From contig OZ240245.1 of assembly GCA_965198175.1 (NCBI GenBank), forward strand, positions 2,080,001 through 2,144,000: DNA of 64,000 nucleotides, written 5' to 3'. The notes under the pieces were generated by a model, which was given only the letters and a program-made list of their open reading frames with translations, searched no databases and had not been told where the DNA came from. The translations under genes and the position numbers were made by a program. The DNA is from Candidatus Poribacteria bacterium (GTDB lineage Bacteria > Poribacteria > WGA-4E > PCPOR2b). This document shows positions 29,118 to 40,168 of this stretch, in pieces; within the stretch, counting starts at the first letter, position 1; each line of letters starts with the position of its first letter.

Positions 29118-30419
29118 TTGAGAATCGGCGAAGGAATTTCGGTTGGGTTTGCAGCGATTCGCGCAAACAACCTGCGCTCCCTCTTGACCATGCTAGGAAT
29201 CATCATTGGCGTTGCCTCTGTGCTAGCGATGATCGCTATTGGGGATGGAGCGAAACAAATTGTGCTTCAGGATGCTCAGAAGCTTGGAGGCGCCAATCAA
29301 TTTACCTTGTATCGCAGTAATCACCTCCGCAAGGGCGACCGTTGGATACCCAACCGCAGCAATGAGTATTTTGACTATGATGATGTGCTAGCGATTGAAG
29401 CCGGATGTCCTTCTGTCGAGGGAGTCATACCGCGCTTACCGGTCTGGCGAGGTGTTTTGGTGCAAGCCGAGGGCGGCGCGGAAAAACGCACGGGGTACGA
29501 AGGCATCACTCCCTTTTACCAAATTGGGATGAATTGGGAACTACAACGCGGACGTTTTATTTCGGAAGAGGATGTCGACAATCGGAGTAAAGTCTGTATT
29601 CTCGGATCTGAGGTAGTAAATGAACTGTTCGGGAATCAGAATCCGATTGGCAAGGAAATTAAGATTGCGCGTGAATCCCAAAACAGTTGGCGCCGAGAAC
29701 AACGCAGGCAGGCAAAAAGTACAGAACGGTTCACCGTTGTGGGCGTGATGGCGCCGCGCGGGACAAGCCTTCGTTTTGGATGGAATCTGGATGATCGCGT
29801 GCTTCTACCGTTGACAACGGTGCAGGAGCGCTTTACGGGCAACGATCGTGTCCGAATGATCACAGTTCAAGCGAAAAACCTTGATCTGCTTGAGAAAGCC
29901 AAAGCAGAGGTTAAAGCCATAGTGAGAAAGCAGCACCGAAACCAGGACAATTTCTTTAACCTGTGGGAGATGAGGGAGGGTATGGAGCAACTGTTTACAA
30001 TTAGCCACACAATTAAAATAGTGCTCGGTATCATCGCTGGAGTTTCACTCCTTGTCGGCGGCATCGGCATCATGAACATCATGTTGGTATCAGTCACCGA
30101 ACGCACGCGAGAAATCGGTCTGCGAAAGGCGCTTGGCGCTAAGCGCAAGGATATCCTATTTCAATTTCTGGTGGAATCGGTTGTGATGTGTAGTGTCGGT
30201 GGGCTGCTAGGTATCGGATTAGGCGTTGCTTCGGGATACGGCATGGCGCAGATTGCAATGAAGATCGTGAAGATTATAGATTATTGGCCCTCTTTCATCT
30301 CTGTGCAATGGATGGTTATCTCCGTAGCCTTTTCTGCGGCAATCGGTGTCTTCTTTGGACTTTACCCTGCTGTTAAAGCCGCGCGGCTTTCACCCATTGA
30401 AGCGTTGAGAACAGAGTAA
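29118..30419 (+). CDS. MacB/FtsX-family ABC permease
   Basis: RSLLTMLGIIIGVASV, GGIGIMNIMLVSVTERTREIGLRKALGA, YPAVKAARLSPIEALR. Confidence 0.93.
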   Translation: MRIGEGISVGFAAIRANNLRSLLTMLGIIIGVASVLAMIAIGDGAKQIVLQDAQKLGGANQFTLYRSNHLRKGDRWIPNRSNEYFDYDDVLAIEAGCPSVEGVIPRLPVWRGVLVQAEGGAEKRTGYEGITPFYQIGMNWELQRGRFISEEDVDNRSKVCILGSEVVNELFGNQNPIGKEIKIARESQNSWRREQRRQAKSTERFTVVGVMAPRGTSLRFGWNLDDRVLLPLTTVQERFTGNDRVRMITVQAKNLDLLEKAKAEVKAIVRKQHRNQDNFFNLWEMREGMEQLFTISHTIKIVLGIIAGVSLLVGGIGIMNIMLVSVTERTREIGLRKALGAKRKDILFQFLVESVVMCSVGGLLGIGLGVASGYGMAQIAMKIVKIIDYWPSFISVQWMVISVAFSAAIGVFFGLYPAVKAARLSPIEALRTE

Positions 30420-30484
30420 GGCGTGAAATTGGAAAGCATTCATGCCAATAGTCAATATTCAATCCGCTCCGGAGGAGTACAGAT

Positions 30485-31789
30485 ATGTATCTCATCGAAT
30501 ATATCGCACTCGGCATTGCGAGCTTACGTCGGCACCCACTTCGCTCAAGTCTGACAATCTTGGGAATCGTCATCGGCGTGGGTGGCGTTGTCAGCATGGT
30601 TTCGATAGGTGATGGTTCACGTGTAATGGTTTTAAGAGAGATTGAGCGCACTGGTGGACTAAACGTCATTGAGATCTACCGCGACGAATGGCATCGACAA
30701 TCAGGCACCTTGACCCGGGCGGCTGGTCAGACGGTGAGGCGTGGGCGTTGGCGGAAGAACCGTGTAGAACATCTAGAAACCTCTGATGCACACGCTATCC
30801 TTGAAAATGCCATAGGTGTTTTTCATGTCGTTCCTGAGGATGATTATGGAAGTTGGAATGTGAATTACAAGGGTAGAAGCAAGCCATCCCGGCTAACCGC
30901 AACCACAGATGGATACGACAGATTGCACAACTGGTATGTTCAGATGGGCCGCTTTTTATCTGAGGAAGATGTCAAATCTGCCCGAACCGTTGCTCTCATC
31001 GGTTCAAAGATTTACGAAGAACTCTTTGATGGGGATGTTCCCATCGGCAAAGAGATTAAGGCGACACGGTCATCAAGTTGGGGCCGTCGTTTCGATGTAC
31101 GTTTAACCGTCGTTGGCGTGATGGAAGAAAAAGGCGATGCAATGGATACGCAAGGTTGGGATGACCGCTTCATTATTCCAATCACGACATTGCAACAGCG
31201 TTTTAAGGGTAAGAAGCATATAGAGCGCATCCGCGTTGAAGCGGCAAGCCTGAATATGGTCGAGACAGCGAAGGAAGAATCAAAGAGAATATTAGGGAGA
31301 ATACACCACGGTTCGGGAGAAGAATATCAATACTGGACGGCAAAGGATGAGCTTGCAACCGCCGTAAAAATCGGGAGAACGATGAAATTCGTGATGGGAG
31401 GCGTTGCAGGGATTGCGCTCTTTGTTGCGGGGATTGGTATCATGAATATCATGCTTGTCTCCGTCACTGAGCGCACAAGGGAAATCGGTTTACGAAAAGC
31501 TATCGGCGCAAAGCGGCGCAATATTTTGACCCAGTTTCTCATCGAAGCGGCTGTGCTCAGCATAACCGGAGGAGTGCTGGGAGCGATTGTCGGCGTATTT
31601 ATGGGACAGGGTACAGCTTTGCTCATCACGAAATATGTGTGGCCTGGGAGTGATTGGCCCTCAGTGATCTCAATCGGAGCCATGGTCGTTGCCTTGAGTG
31701 TGTCAATAGGAGTTGGTATTTTTTTCGGCTTGTATCCTGCAAACAAAGCTGCAAAACTCACGCCTGTAGAGGCGATTCGGTCTGAGTGA
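30485..31789 (+). CDS. MacB/FtsX-family ABC permease (second paralogue)
   Basis: RSSLTILGIVIGV, GIMNIMLVSVTERTREIGLRKAIGA, YPANKAAKLTPVEAIR. Confidence 0.93.
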   Translation: MYLIEYIALGIASLRRHPLRSSLTILGIVIGVGGVVSMVSIGDGSRVMVLREIERTGGLNVIEIYRDEWHRQSGTLTRAAGQTVRRGRWRKNRVEHLETSDAHAILENAIGVFHVVPEDDYGSWNVNYKGRSKPSRLTATTDGYDRLHNWYVQMGRFLSEEDVKSARTVALIGSKIYEELFDGDVPIGKEIKATRSSSWGRRFDVRLTVVGVMEEKGDAMDTQGWDDRFIIPITTLQQRFKGKKHIERIRVEAASLNMVETAKEESKRILGRIHHGSGEEYQYWTAKDELATAVKIGRTMKFVMGGVAGIALFVAGIGIMNIMLVSVTERTREIGLRKAIGAKRRNILTQFLIEAAVLSITGGVLGAIVGVFMGQGTALLITKYVWPGSDWPSVISIGAMVVALSVSIGVGIFFGLYPANKAAKLTPVEAIRSE

Positions 31790-31811
31790 GCGCAGTTTTC
31801 ATGGAGACTAG

Positions 31812-31947
31812 GTTCTGTTGACACTTCACCGGCACGAATCCGGGAAACTGAGTCATTATCAGTGTAACTACCATAAACCGAGCCGGTTTTGCCAAATCAC
31901 CCAAATGCGCATCAAGATTGGGTTACCCTATCAAATGTCAACAGTAC
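31812..31947. mobile_element. Candidate MITE / IS remnant (136 bp)
   Basis: Terminal inverted repeats gttctgttgacacttca / revcomp gtactgttgacatttga (14/17), non-coding interior, no clear target duplication. Confidence 0.45.
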
Positions 31948-31999
31948 GCAGCGTAAGGCATTATTATGAATGAAATGATGCATAAGGAGTCGTCAAATC

Positions 32000-33916
32000 A
32001 TGAAGAAAGTCACCATTAGCATCGTTACAATTCTGGTTTTTGGGCTATCTATCGGCGCGTGTGGATGGATTAAGGCACGTAGGGAAAAATCCCCTGAACC
32101 CGAGCAAAAAGTTGAAGTCGTCAAACATGGGGATTTTCAGATGCGAATTAGCGCGACGGGAAACCTCGAACCCCTTGTCGACGTTGAGATTAAGTCAAAC
32201 GTCGAAGGTGAGATTATTACCCTGTATGTTGATGAGGGTGATTATGTTGAGGCAGGGCAGGTGTTGCTGGAAATCGATCCGGAGCAGTATGTAGAGCAAA
32301 AGATACAGGCTAAAGCGGATGTCGATGCGTCGCAAGCGCAGTTTAGGCAGGCTGAACTCAACATTATACTCAAAAAAGAATCGCTTGACAGTCAACGGCG
32401 GCAAGCAGAAGACAACGTCAAAATTGCCGAAGCAAATTCAAACACAACCATAACAACTTCCTTAACACAGATCATCCAAGCGGAAACTCAAATCCAAACG
32501 TCGAAAAACGACTTAGTGCAGGATGAAATTGCACTGGATCAAGCAAAGATAGCACTCAATCAAGCGGAATTAACGCTCTCAGAACTTGAAACAGCACGTG
32601 ATTCTGCGAAAATCGAGCTCAATAATGCTGAAGCTGAATTGAAACGGAACAAGGAACTGTTTGAGAAGAAACTTGTTTCTAAAAGATCTTTAGAGGAAGC
32701 ACAATCGAGGCGTGCGAGTGCATCGTCACAATACAACAGCGCCGTTCAACGTGTGGCTTCTCAAAAGGAAGCGCTGGAATCTCAACAAAAGACGATTCAA
32801 ACAAGAAAAACTGCAATTGATACACGTAACGCGACCTTAACGTATCAAAAACTGAATCTGGACAAGCTTCGTGAGATGAGAAAGGCGGAAGAAGAAGAAG
32901 CGACACTCCATCTGAAAATTGCCGAAACCCGCCTTAACGAGATTCGCCGAACGTACAAGGAAGAACAAGACGTGGTCGAGGAGTCAAAAGAGAGTGCAAA
33001 AGCAAATCTTCTACGACGCAAGAGTAGCTTAAAAAACCAGGAGGAGCGTTTGACGTGGACGACAATCAAGGCACCTATGTCAGGCACGGTGACCCTTCTG
33101 GAAGTCGAAGAGGGTGAGATTGTGACTTCGGGCAGATCGGCATTCGCGCAAAGTCCACCTCTGATGACGATTGGGGATCTGTCGAAAATGGTGGTGAAGA
33201 CCTTCATCAACGAAGTCGATATGGAGAGGCTGCGCTTGAACCAGGAGGCCGAAATCAAAGCTGACGCTTATCAGAACAAAATCTATAAAGGATGCATCGT
33301 AGAGATTGCTCCAAGCGGGGTTGAACGCGATAATATTATCACCTTTGAGGTCATGGTCAAAGTTGTTGGTTCACCCCCTGAGCTACGACCGGGCATGAGT
33401 GCTGATGTTGATATCATCACTTACGAGGAGAAGGATGTTTTGCTGCTGCCCAGAGATGCCATCGAAGAAAAAACATCCGCGATTGTCACGGCGAAAATCG
33501 GTGATGATGGTACAGCTTTTAAGCCAAATCAACCAATTGAAGTCAAAAGTCCTAATGGAAAAACCTTCAAAGGAAATGTCATTGGAATTAACGATGGCGA
33601 ATTGACGATCGGCATTGATAGTTCACAACGCGGCTTGCGTCCTGGCAGACATACCTTCGTCGTTCTCGTAAACGGTCGGGAGAAACTGGATGGCGTTGCC
33701 GCACAAGTAGACATCGCTAAAGAAAGGTTTGCTCTGCTTGATGAAGATGGCGCTGTAAGTAGAAAGGACGCACCACAGGGCAGAAAAATTCCTATCGAAA
33801 CAGGTATGCAGAACGATACAGAAATCATCATCAAGAGCGGATTGAAGGTAGGTGACAGGGTGATTCTGCCCCATTTGGAACCGAAAGGCTTAACTCAATG
33901 GGGGCGCGAAGGATAA
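32000..33916 (+). CDS. Efflux periplasmic adaptor (MacA/HlyD family) with a very long coiled coil
   Basis: N-terminal TM, ATGNLEP..VEIKSNVEGEI lipoyl half, ~255-aa coiled coil, TIKAPMSGTV, LRPGMSADV, GLKVGDRV. Confidence 0.9.
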   Translation: MKKVTISIVTILVFGLSIGACGWIKARREKSPEPEQKVEVVKHGDFQMRISATGNLEPLVDVEIKSNVEGEIITLYVDEGDYVEAGQVLLEIDPEQYVEQKIQAKADVDASQAQFRQAELNIILKKESLDSQRRQAEDNVKIAEANSNTTITTSLTQIIQAETQIQTSKNDLVQDEIALDQAKIALNQAELTLSELETARDSAKIELNNAEAELKRNKELFEKKLVSKRSLEEAQSRRASASSQYNSAVQRVASQKEALESQQKTIQTRKTAIDTRNATLTYQKLNLDKLREMRKAEEEEATLHLKIAETRLNEIRRTYKEEQDVVEESKESAKANLLRRKSSLKNQEERLTWTTIKAPMSGTVTLLEVEEGEIVTSGRSAFAQSPPLMTIGDLSKMVVKTFINEVDMERLRLNQEAEIKADAYQNKIYKGCIVEIAPSGVERDNIITFEVMVKVVGSPPELRPGMSADVDIITYEEKDVLLLPRDAIEEKTSAIVTAKIGDDGTAFKPNQPIEVKSPNGKTFKGNVIGINDGELTIGIDSSQRGLRPGRHTFVVLVNGREKLDGVAAQVDIAKERFALLDEDGAVSRKDAPQGRKIPIETGMQNDTEIIIKSGLKVGDRVILPHLEPKGLTQWGREG

Positions 33917-33937
33917 CGCCTTCCAAACCAAAGATTC

Positions 33938-33974
33938 AGGCGTCTTGTTCAACCAAGACGCTTTATTTGTTTTT
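33938..33974 (+). terminator. Intrinsic terminator after the adaptor gene
   Basis: Stem-loop aggcgtcttg-ttcaac-caagacgctt followed by a T-rich tract. Confidence 0.75.
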
Positions 33975-34109
33975 ACTCAGAAAAAATCAATTCGCATAAC
34001 TAATGAATCGAGGAGGAATGTTCACAGGAATGCGAGGCTATACCCCACGTGCGGGGTGAATTGAGGATCTACACCGACTGAGATTGCCCTGAAGTGATTT
34101 TTTCTCACG

Positions 34110-34907
34110 CTACGAAAATTCTATTACCTGCCCATCATACGACAGATAGACATTCTCAGGCAATTCAATGTTTTGTTCCTGACACTGCTCACGAAAATAT
34201 CGATGATTCAGTCGGTGCATGATGTGTGTAAAGTAGGTTTCTTGCGGTTGTAGTTCATTAACAATCTCTATTGCCTCGCCAACAGCGAGGTGGGTTGGGT
34301 GACGCGGATTAAAACTTAGCGCATCAATAATCAGCACCTCAACGCTGCGCAGCAGTTCTTTGGAAGAATCCGGTAAGCGCTTCACGTCAGGAACATACCC
34401 GAAGTTATCAATCCGATAGCCAAATGTCGTGACGGCACCATGCTCAACGGGAATCGGTGTAATTTCGAACCCGTGCACCTCAAATTGCTCGTTAATGGTG
34501 TGAGGCAGCAAATGTCCCACGCCCCCACCTTGAAACGTCTCTTTGCTAAACATGTAATCGTAATTGCGCTTCAGAATCCGTATTGTCTCCTCCGGACCGT
34601 AAATCGGTATATCCATCTGCTGCTTACGGCAAGGCATCACTAGATCGTTTGTCCCACTGATGTGATCGGCGTGGCAGTGGGTATACACCACCGCGTCAAT
34701 CCATTCAACTCTATTCCTATTAATCTGATCGATGAAGTTGGGACCAGTATCAAATTGCAGGTGCTTCCCATTCTTTTTGATGTGAATCGATGGGCGTGTC
34801 CGGTAGTTCTTTGAGTGTGGTTGTCGCGCATCTTCACAGGTTTCGCAAGTGCATTTATATTCTGGAACCCCTGTCGAAGTGCCTGAACCGAGAACCGTGA
34901 TTTTCAT
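34110..34907 (-). CDS. MBL-fold metallo-hydrolase, PhnP/YycJ-like
   Basis: LGSGTSTGVP, CTCETC, RTRPS, THCHADHISG, HPTHL, THIMH, YDG. Confidence 0.92.
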   Translation of the reverse strand: MKITVLGSGTSTGVPEYKCTCETCEDARQPHSKNYRTRPSIHIKKNGKHLQFDTGPNFIDQINRNRVEWIDAVVYTHCHADHISGTNDLVMPCRKQQMDIPIYGPEETIRILKRNYDYMFSKETFQGGGVGHLLPHTINEQFEVHGFEITPIPVEHGAVTTFGYRIDNFGYVPDVKRLPDSSKELLRSVEVLIIDALSFNPRHPTHLAVGEAIEIVNELQPQETYFTHIMHRLNHRYFREQCQEQNIELPENVYLSYDGQVIEFS

Positions 34908-35029
34908 AGGTGATTCCTTCTAAGAGCTGCATTAAAGAGGGCTGCCGCCTATGATATATTAGACAGAATGAGAATGCAACGTCAAAATTGCGCGTGCCCT
35001 CTTAATTCGACTAATCCTTTTTTTGATGA

Positions 35030-35058
35030 TTGACAATCCGGACACTGGTTGCTAAAAT
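35030..35058 (+). promoter_or_regulatory. Putative sigma-70 promoter of msrA
   Basis: TTGACA-N17-TAAAAT with extended -10 TG. Confidence 0.7.
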
Positions 35059-35114
35059 GAAGGTAGTATTTTTGATCTCGTCATAGAAAGCATCATGGTA
35101 GTGGTGAAGGGATT

Positions 35115-35675
35115 ATGTCGACTCAATTTGAAACAGCAACGTTCGGCGCAGGTTGTTTCTGGTGTGTCGAAGCTATTTTTCAGCGCCTAGAAGGAGTGCA
35201 ACAAGTAGTTTCTGGCTATGCTGGCGGCGTGGTTGAAAATCCAACTTATCAGCAGGTTTGCAGTGAAGCCACTGGTCATGCAGAAGTGGTACAGATTGCC
35301 TTTGCTCCCCAAGTCATATCGTTTGACGACTTGCTATATGTTTTTTGGCGCACGCACGATCCAACAACTTTGAACCGGCAGGGTGCCGACGTTGGTACCC
35401 AATACCGTTCAGCGATTCTTTATCGCAGTGAGGAACAGAAAGCCATTGCCGAAAGTTCCAAGTGCGAAACAGATGCCTCAGACTTGTGGCCGGATCCGAT
35501 TGTTACAGAGATTGTCCCCTGTCTCGATTTTTACCCAGCGGAGGTTTATCACCAGAATTACTATAGACTCAATCCCAACCAGCCATATTGTCAGTTAATA
35601 ATCAATCCCAAAATCCGAAAATTCAAAGAAGAATTTGATGAGAAGCTAACAAATACGGACCAGATAAAGAACTGA
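35115..35675 (+). CDS. msrA: Peptide-methionine (S)-S-oxide reductase
   Basis: GCFWC, TGHAEV, HDPTTLNRQGADVGTQYRS, AEVYHQNY. Confidence 0.98.
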   Translation: MSTQFETATFGAGCFWCVEAIFQRLEGVQQVVSGYAGGVVENPTYQQVCSEATGHAEVVQIAFAPQVISFDDLLYVFWRTHDPTTLNRQGADVGTQYRSAILYRSEEQKAIAESSKCETDASDLWPDPIVTEIVPCLDFYPAEVYHQNYYRLNPNQPYCQLIINPKIRKFKEEFDEKLTNTDQIKN

Positions 35676-35964
35676 AAAGAAACCGATTCACAATGGGCGC
35701 AAGGCTTAGACGATTAATGTAGCTATCTTGGCACGGTTTCCAAACACAAAATTTATGTTCGATCTCGAGGAACAACGAATCAAGAAATTACTGATATTCA
35801 CTGGGTTTTATAATTCTTACAAGTTCTGGGTTATTGACAAGACAGACAATCCGGGCCCATGCTTTCTACTTATGGGAGCGAGGCATTGATGGGTGTGTCC
35901 TCTTCTCAAAGTCACAACAGAAGATAACGTTCGTTTTGGCATGACGAACTAATAGTGGGATGAA

Positions 35965-37104
35965 ATGAAAATCTTACATACCGCTGATATTCATCTCGAC
36001 TGGAAATTTTCGGGAATTCAGGACGCATCAAACCGTCGCCGCCGTCATCAAGAACATCGTGATGTATTTCGTCGGATTGTTAAGGTTGGGTTAGAGGAAC
36101 AAATTGATGTAATGTTCATCGTTGGAGACCTTTTTGAGCAAAGCAGTTTTTCATTGGATACGATTCGATTTATTCAGCGCGAGTTGGAACAACTCAAACC
36201 GACGCCCGTTTTCATTGCGCCTGGCAATCACGACCCTAGGATCTCGGGAAGCCCTTATCTGTTGGATGGTTGGGGAGATCATGTTGATATTTTCCGAAAC
36301 AATCAATTTACTTCCCGTTCACTCAATGAACATAACGCTGTCATTTATGGCATTGCCTATACCGCCGACACGGGTGAGAAAAATCACCTTCAGGATTTTC
36401 GCGTTGAATCACAAAGTAAATTGAATATTCTGCTTCTGCACGGCTCAGATATGAATGCTGTTCCTGAAACTCACAATGAGACCGCATGTTTCCCTTTCTC
36501 GCGGTCGGATCTGCATAATTGCGGTGCAGATTATATTGCACTCGGACACTATCACATGTGCCGCTTCATCCCTGACAATCAACCAATTGCCGCCTATCCT
36601 GGTTCGCCCGAAGGAATGAGCTATTCCGAGTTGGGAGAGCGTTACGTTATTGTCGGAGAACTCACAAAAGATGAAAATCAATTGCGTAAGGTACGAGTTA
36701 ACCGGCGAGAATACCGAGATGTAACATGGGATTGTACAGGGTGTACTACGCGCGAAGAAGTACTTGATGGACTCCGCCAATTGATCGACTCACAACAACT
36801 GGGAGAGCACATTCTGCGAATTCGACTCACCGGAACAACGTCGGTAGAAATTGATATGGACTTGTCCTTGATGCGTGAAACCCTAAGTAAGCACTACTGT
36901 TTTCAAGCCGTGCTGATTAATGAAACATCCGTAAAATGGGATTTGGAGGCGTTACGTTCGCAGCAGAATGTGCGTGGGGAGTTTGTGCGCCAGATAGAGA
37001 ACATAATTGAAGGGGCGGCTGAAGAAGAAATCAATCGCTATCGGGCGGCGATGGATTATGGACTCCAAGCCCTATCGGAAAATCAGGAGGTGAAGCTACG
37101 ATGA
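35965..37104 (+). CDS. Mre11/SbcD-like metallophosphoesterase (YhaO type)
   Basis: HTADIHL, GDLFE, PGNHD, LLHGS, YIALGHYH, YPGSPEG. Confidence 0.93.
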   Translation: MKILHTADIHLDWKFSGIQDASNRRRRHQEHRDVFRRIVKVGLEEQIDVMFIVGDLFEQSSFSLDTIRFIQRELEQLKPTPVFIAPGNHDPRISGSPYLLDGWGDHVDIFRNNQFTSRSLNEHNAVIYGIAYTADTGEKNHLQDFRVESQSKLNILLLHGSDMNAVPETHNETACFPFSRSDLHNCGADYIALGHYHMCRFIPDNQPIAAYPGSPEGMSYSELGERYVIVGELTKDENQLRKVRVNRREYRDVTWDCTGCTTREEVLDGLRQLIDSQQLGEHILRIRLTGTTSVEIDMDLSLMRETLSKHYCFQAVLINETSVKWDLEALRSQQNVRGEFVRQIENIIEGAAEEEINRYRAAMDYGLQALSENQEVKLR

Positions 37105-39959
37105 AAATTCAGAATCTGTTGATTGAAGGATTTGGAAAAATCTCCAAGATGGAATTAAATTTAGGTGCGGGTCTGAACGTGATTTACGGTAAAAACGAAG
37201 CCGGTAAAACCACGCTAAAAACCTTCATCTACGGTATGTTGTACGGTTTTCTCAAACCTGGAGATTATAAGGTTCGCAAGTTTGAAGATGCGTACGAGAA
37301 ATATCGTCCATGGCAAGATGACCAGAAATACGGTGGGGAATTGGTTTACACGCTCTCCTCAAAACAAAGATTCCGGGTCAAGCGTGACTTTAATTTAGAC
37401 ACAGTGACCATCATTGATGAAAACACATGGCAGGATTTGACCGAGGATTTTCCGGTTTACCTGAAAGAATGCCAGTTTGCACAAGGACATTTAGGAATCG
37501 AAAAGGAGATTTTTCGAGATTGCGTCTATATTAAGCAGCAAAACATTGATACTATTGAGAATCCGGGGGCTTTAGCAAGTCGGCTCCAATCTATTGCGAC
37601 GACTAGCACAGAAGAACTTTCGCTTCAGACAGCATTGGATAAGCTTGATAGCGCATCAGATCGAGTTGGGACGGAACAACGCCGCAAAACTAGCCCTCTC
37701 GGTCGGTGCAGTGCAAAAACTGAACAGCTTAAGAATGAGCATGCCGACGTAAGAAAAAAGCACGATCAACTTACACTTAGCATTAATGAACTCGACGCGC
37801 TAAAACAGCAGAGATCAGGTCCCTTGAACGAACAGCAGCAATTTCAGTATCTTATAGCTTGTGTAGAGGCAAAAGAAATCGAGACGCGATTAGAGAATAT
37901 CCGCGATTACAACGTAAATATTGATCAGATTGAGCAGGAATTGGAAATCTTGCAAGCGTACCAGAATTTCCCAGTCGATCGTAGAGACGAACTTCTAATC
38001 TCTCAGACACAACTATCCGAAAACAAACGGCGGAAAGAGAAACTCGAGGTAGAGCTTTGTGACAATGAAAAAGATCAGCTTGAACTTCTAGAACAATTAC
38101 AATCTTTATCAGGTTGTGAACAAATTGGAGAAAGACTTGAGGAGATACGCAGGTTAGAATCGCGACATAAACTCTTGATTGAAGAAGAAATAAAAGATAG
38201 TGCCGCACTAGCAGACATACAAGAAGACTTCACGATGCAATCTAATTGGCTGAATGATGACGAATCGCGGTTCAATTCGATGGATAATGACCAATTTACG
38301 CAGATACTCCAGGATGAATCTAACCTACAACAGAACCAAGAAAATCTCGATCTCCGTCAGCGAGAAATTAATCGTGAATCCGAACGACTCGACAACTTAA
38401 ATCATCGTAGGCAAAGTCAGAAAAAACAATCCAAATTCCTGATTTTTAGCGGTGTAGTTGCTTGGATAGCAGCCGCTGTTCTCCTCACCTTGAGCGTTGC
38501 ATTGAGTGTTGTCATCTTCTCAGTTGGGCTTTTGGGTGGATTCTTCAGTATTCAAAAGCGAAAGCAGGTGAAAACTCTTGAAAGCCAAATTGATGAATTG
38601 TCAGCCGACATAGAAAATAAAAAGGTAGAATTTGAGCGAGACCAACAAGAACTTGCAGATGCTAAAAAGGTAATGGAAGACTTATTTGAACAGGTTGCAG
38701 TTTCTTCCTCTGATGAATTAAAAGCAGAATATGCCAAACTCCAAGAGCAAAGGCAGGACGTAAAGCGACTCAAAGAGAGAGTCGAGGAATTGAATGACAA
38801 ACTCCAGCGAACGCAGGAAGATCGCCAGGATACCGAGAGACAACTTTATAACTTGATATCGCCTGCACTTGATTCAAAAGAGGGCGGTATTGACGATTGG
38901 CTAGCGCTATTCCGGGCAAACTAAAAACGCTATGAATCTTTGCTTAAACAATATAATGATGCGAAAAGAAAAGTTGAAAGCCTCAAATCTGAACACGATG
39001 ATGTAAGTAGTACAACTGATGAATTCCATGCTGGAATTGAACGGATTCTAGAAGAAGCAAGTGTGGAAACACTAGAAGAACACAACGGTGGATGGGAAAA
39101 ACATGAGCAATACCAAGATGGGCATGCAGAGGTAAACAATCTGATAAATGCCCGCAATAACTTATTGGGCGAACAGGACCTTGACGCATGGCAACAACAT
39201 CTTAAGCAACATCAAACACAGATACAAAATTTAATCAATGACCATCCCGACCTAATAGACACAAACTTTGACCTAAGTGCTAAAGCGACTTACCAACAGG
39301 AGCGCAACAAACGCTCGGAAAAATTACGTGAGATCGAAAACCAAATTCACGCTGTTAACGGACGAATCGAAACCCAGATGGTGAATTCACGTCCTCTCTT
39401 CGAAATTGAGGAGGAACTTGAGGAGGCGACTTTGGAAAAAGGGAATCTGGAAAAACAAAAGGAAGCTCTAATGCTTGCCAAAGATCAATTAGAATCTGTT
39501 TCACAAGAATTTTTTACAACTCGCTTTGCTCCGGAATTGCAGGACATTGTTGCACCGATGCTTCAAACCGTTGCGGGACAATACAGCGAAATCCGTTTCG
39601 ATGAAAAATTGAATCTGAAAGTTAGAATTCCAGGATTAAATATGATTAAGGATGTCGAAAACTTGAGTCAGGGGACGCTCGATCAGATTTACTTCCTACT
39701 CAAAGCCGGCGTTGCTCAGATGTTTTCCAAAAACCGAGAACCGCTGCCACTATTGCTAGATGATCCGTTTGTAGCTTGTGATGATGAGCGATTGGATCGG
39801 ATTTGGGACATTCTCGGTAATCTCGCAAGCCAAACCCAGATCTTGTTTTTCACTTGTCATAGTTCGCAGATGCTAGACGTTGAGAAGCGTTTCAGTAGTG
39901 ATGCAAATACTGTCACTTCCGATGTGGGGGACTTTACTCTTTTGTCAATTGATGCATGA
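37101..39959 (+). pseudogene. YhaN-like (AAA_27) Rad50/SbcC-type ATPase interrupted by an in-frame TAA at 38922-38924
   Basis: N half has GKNEAGKTT Walker A, a coiled coil and a central TM hairpin. The C half, in the same frame, has the LSQGTLDQ signature, LLLDDPF Walker B and FTCH. The junction reads FRAN*KRYESLL. Confidence 0.85.
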
Positions 39960-40079
39960 ATACCTTCCCCATATTCCTTATTGCATCAACAATTTTGTGA
40001 CTTTCTGTACGCGTTCGTTGAGTCTGTGGCGATCGGACTTTCGTGCAAATTGTTGAGATGTCGCTGTGGAGATAAACCG

Positions 40080-40109
40080 TTGACTCTATCACGTATCGTG
40101 TAGTATAAT
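40080..40109 (+). promoter_or_regulatory. Putative sigma-70 promoter of tyrS
   Basis: TTGACT-N18-TATAAT. Confidence 0.65.
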
Positions 40110-40168
40110 TAGCTAGCTGGAACCACAGGGATGAAGATGTTAAAACGATATGTATTGAGGGATCCAGT

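Noticed and set aside
34038..34064. ctataccccacgtgcggggtgaattg resembles a type I-E CRISPR repeat
   Set aside because: It is a single degenerate copy with no spacer-repeat periodicity and no cas genes.
35729..35746. TTGGCACG as a sigma-54 -24 box upstream of the nuclease/ATPase pair
   Set aside because: The required -12 TTGC element is absent at the proper spacing.
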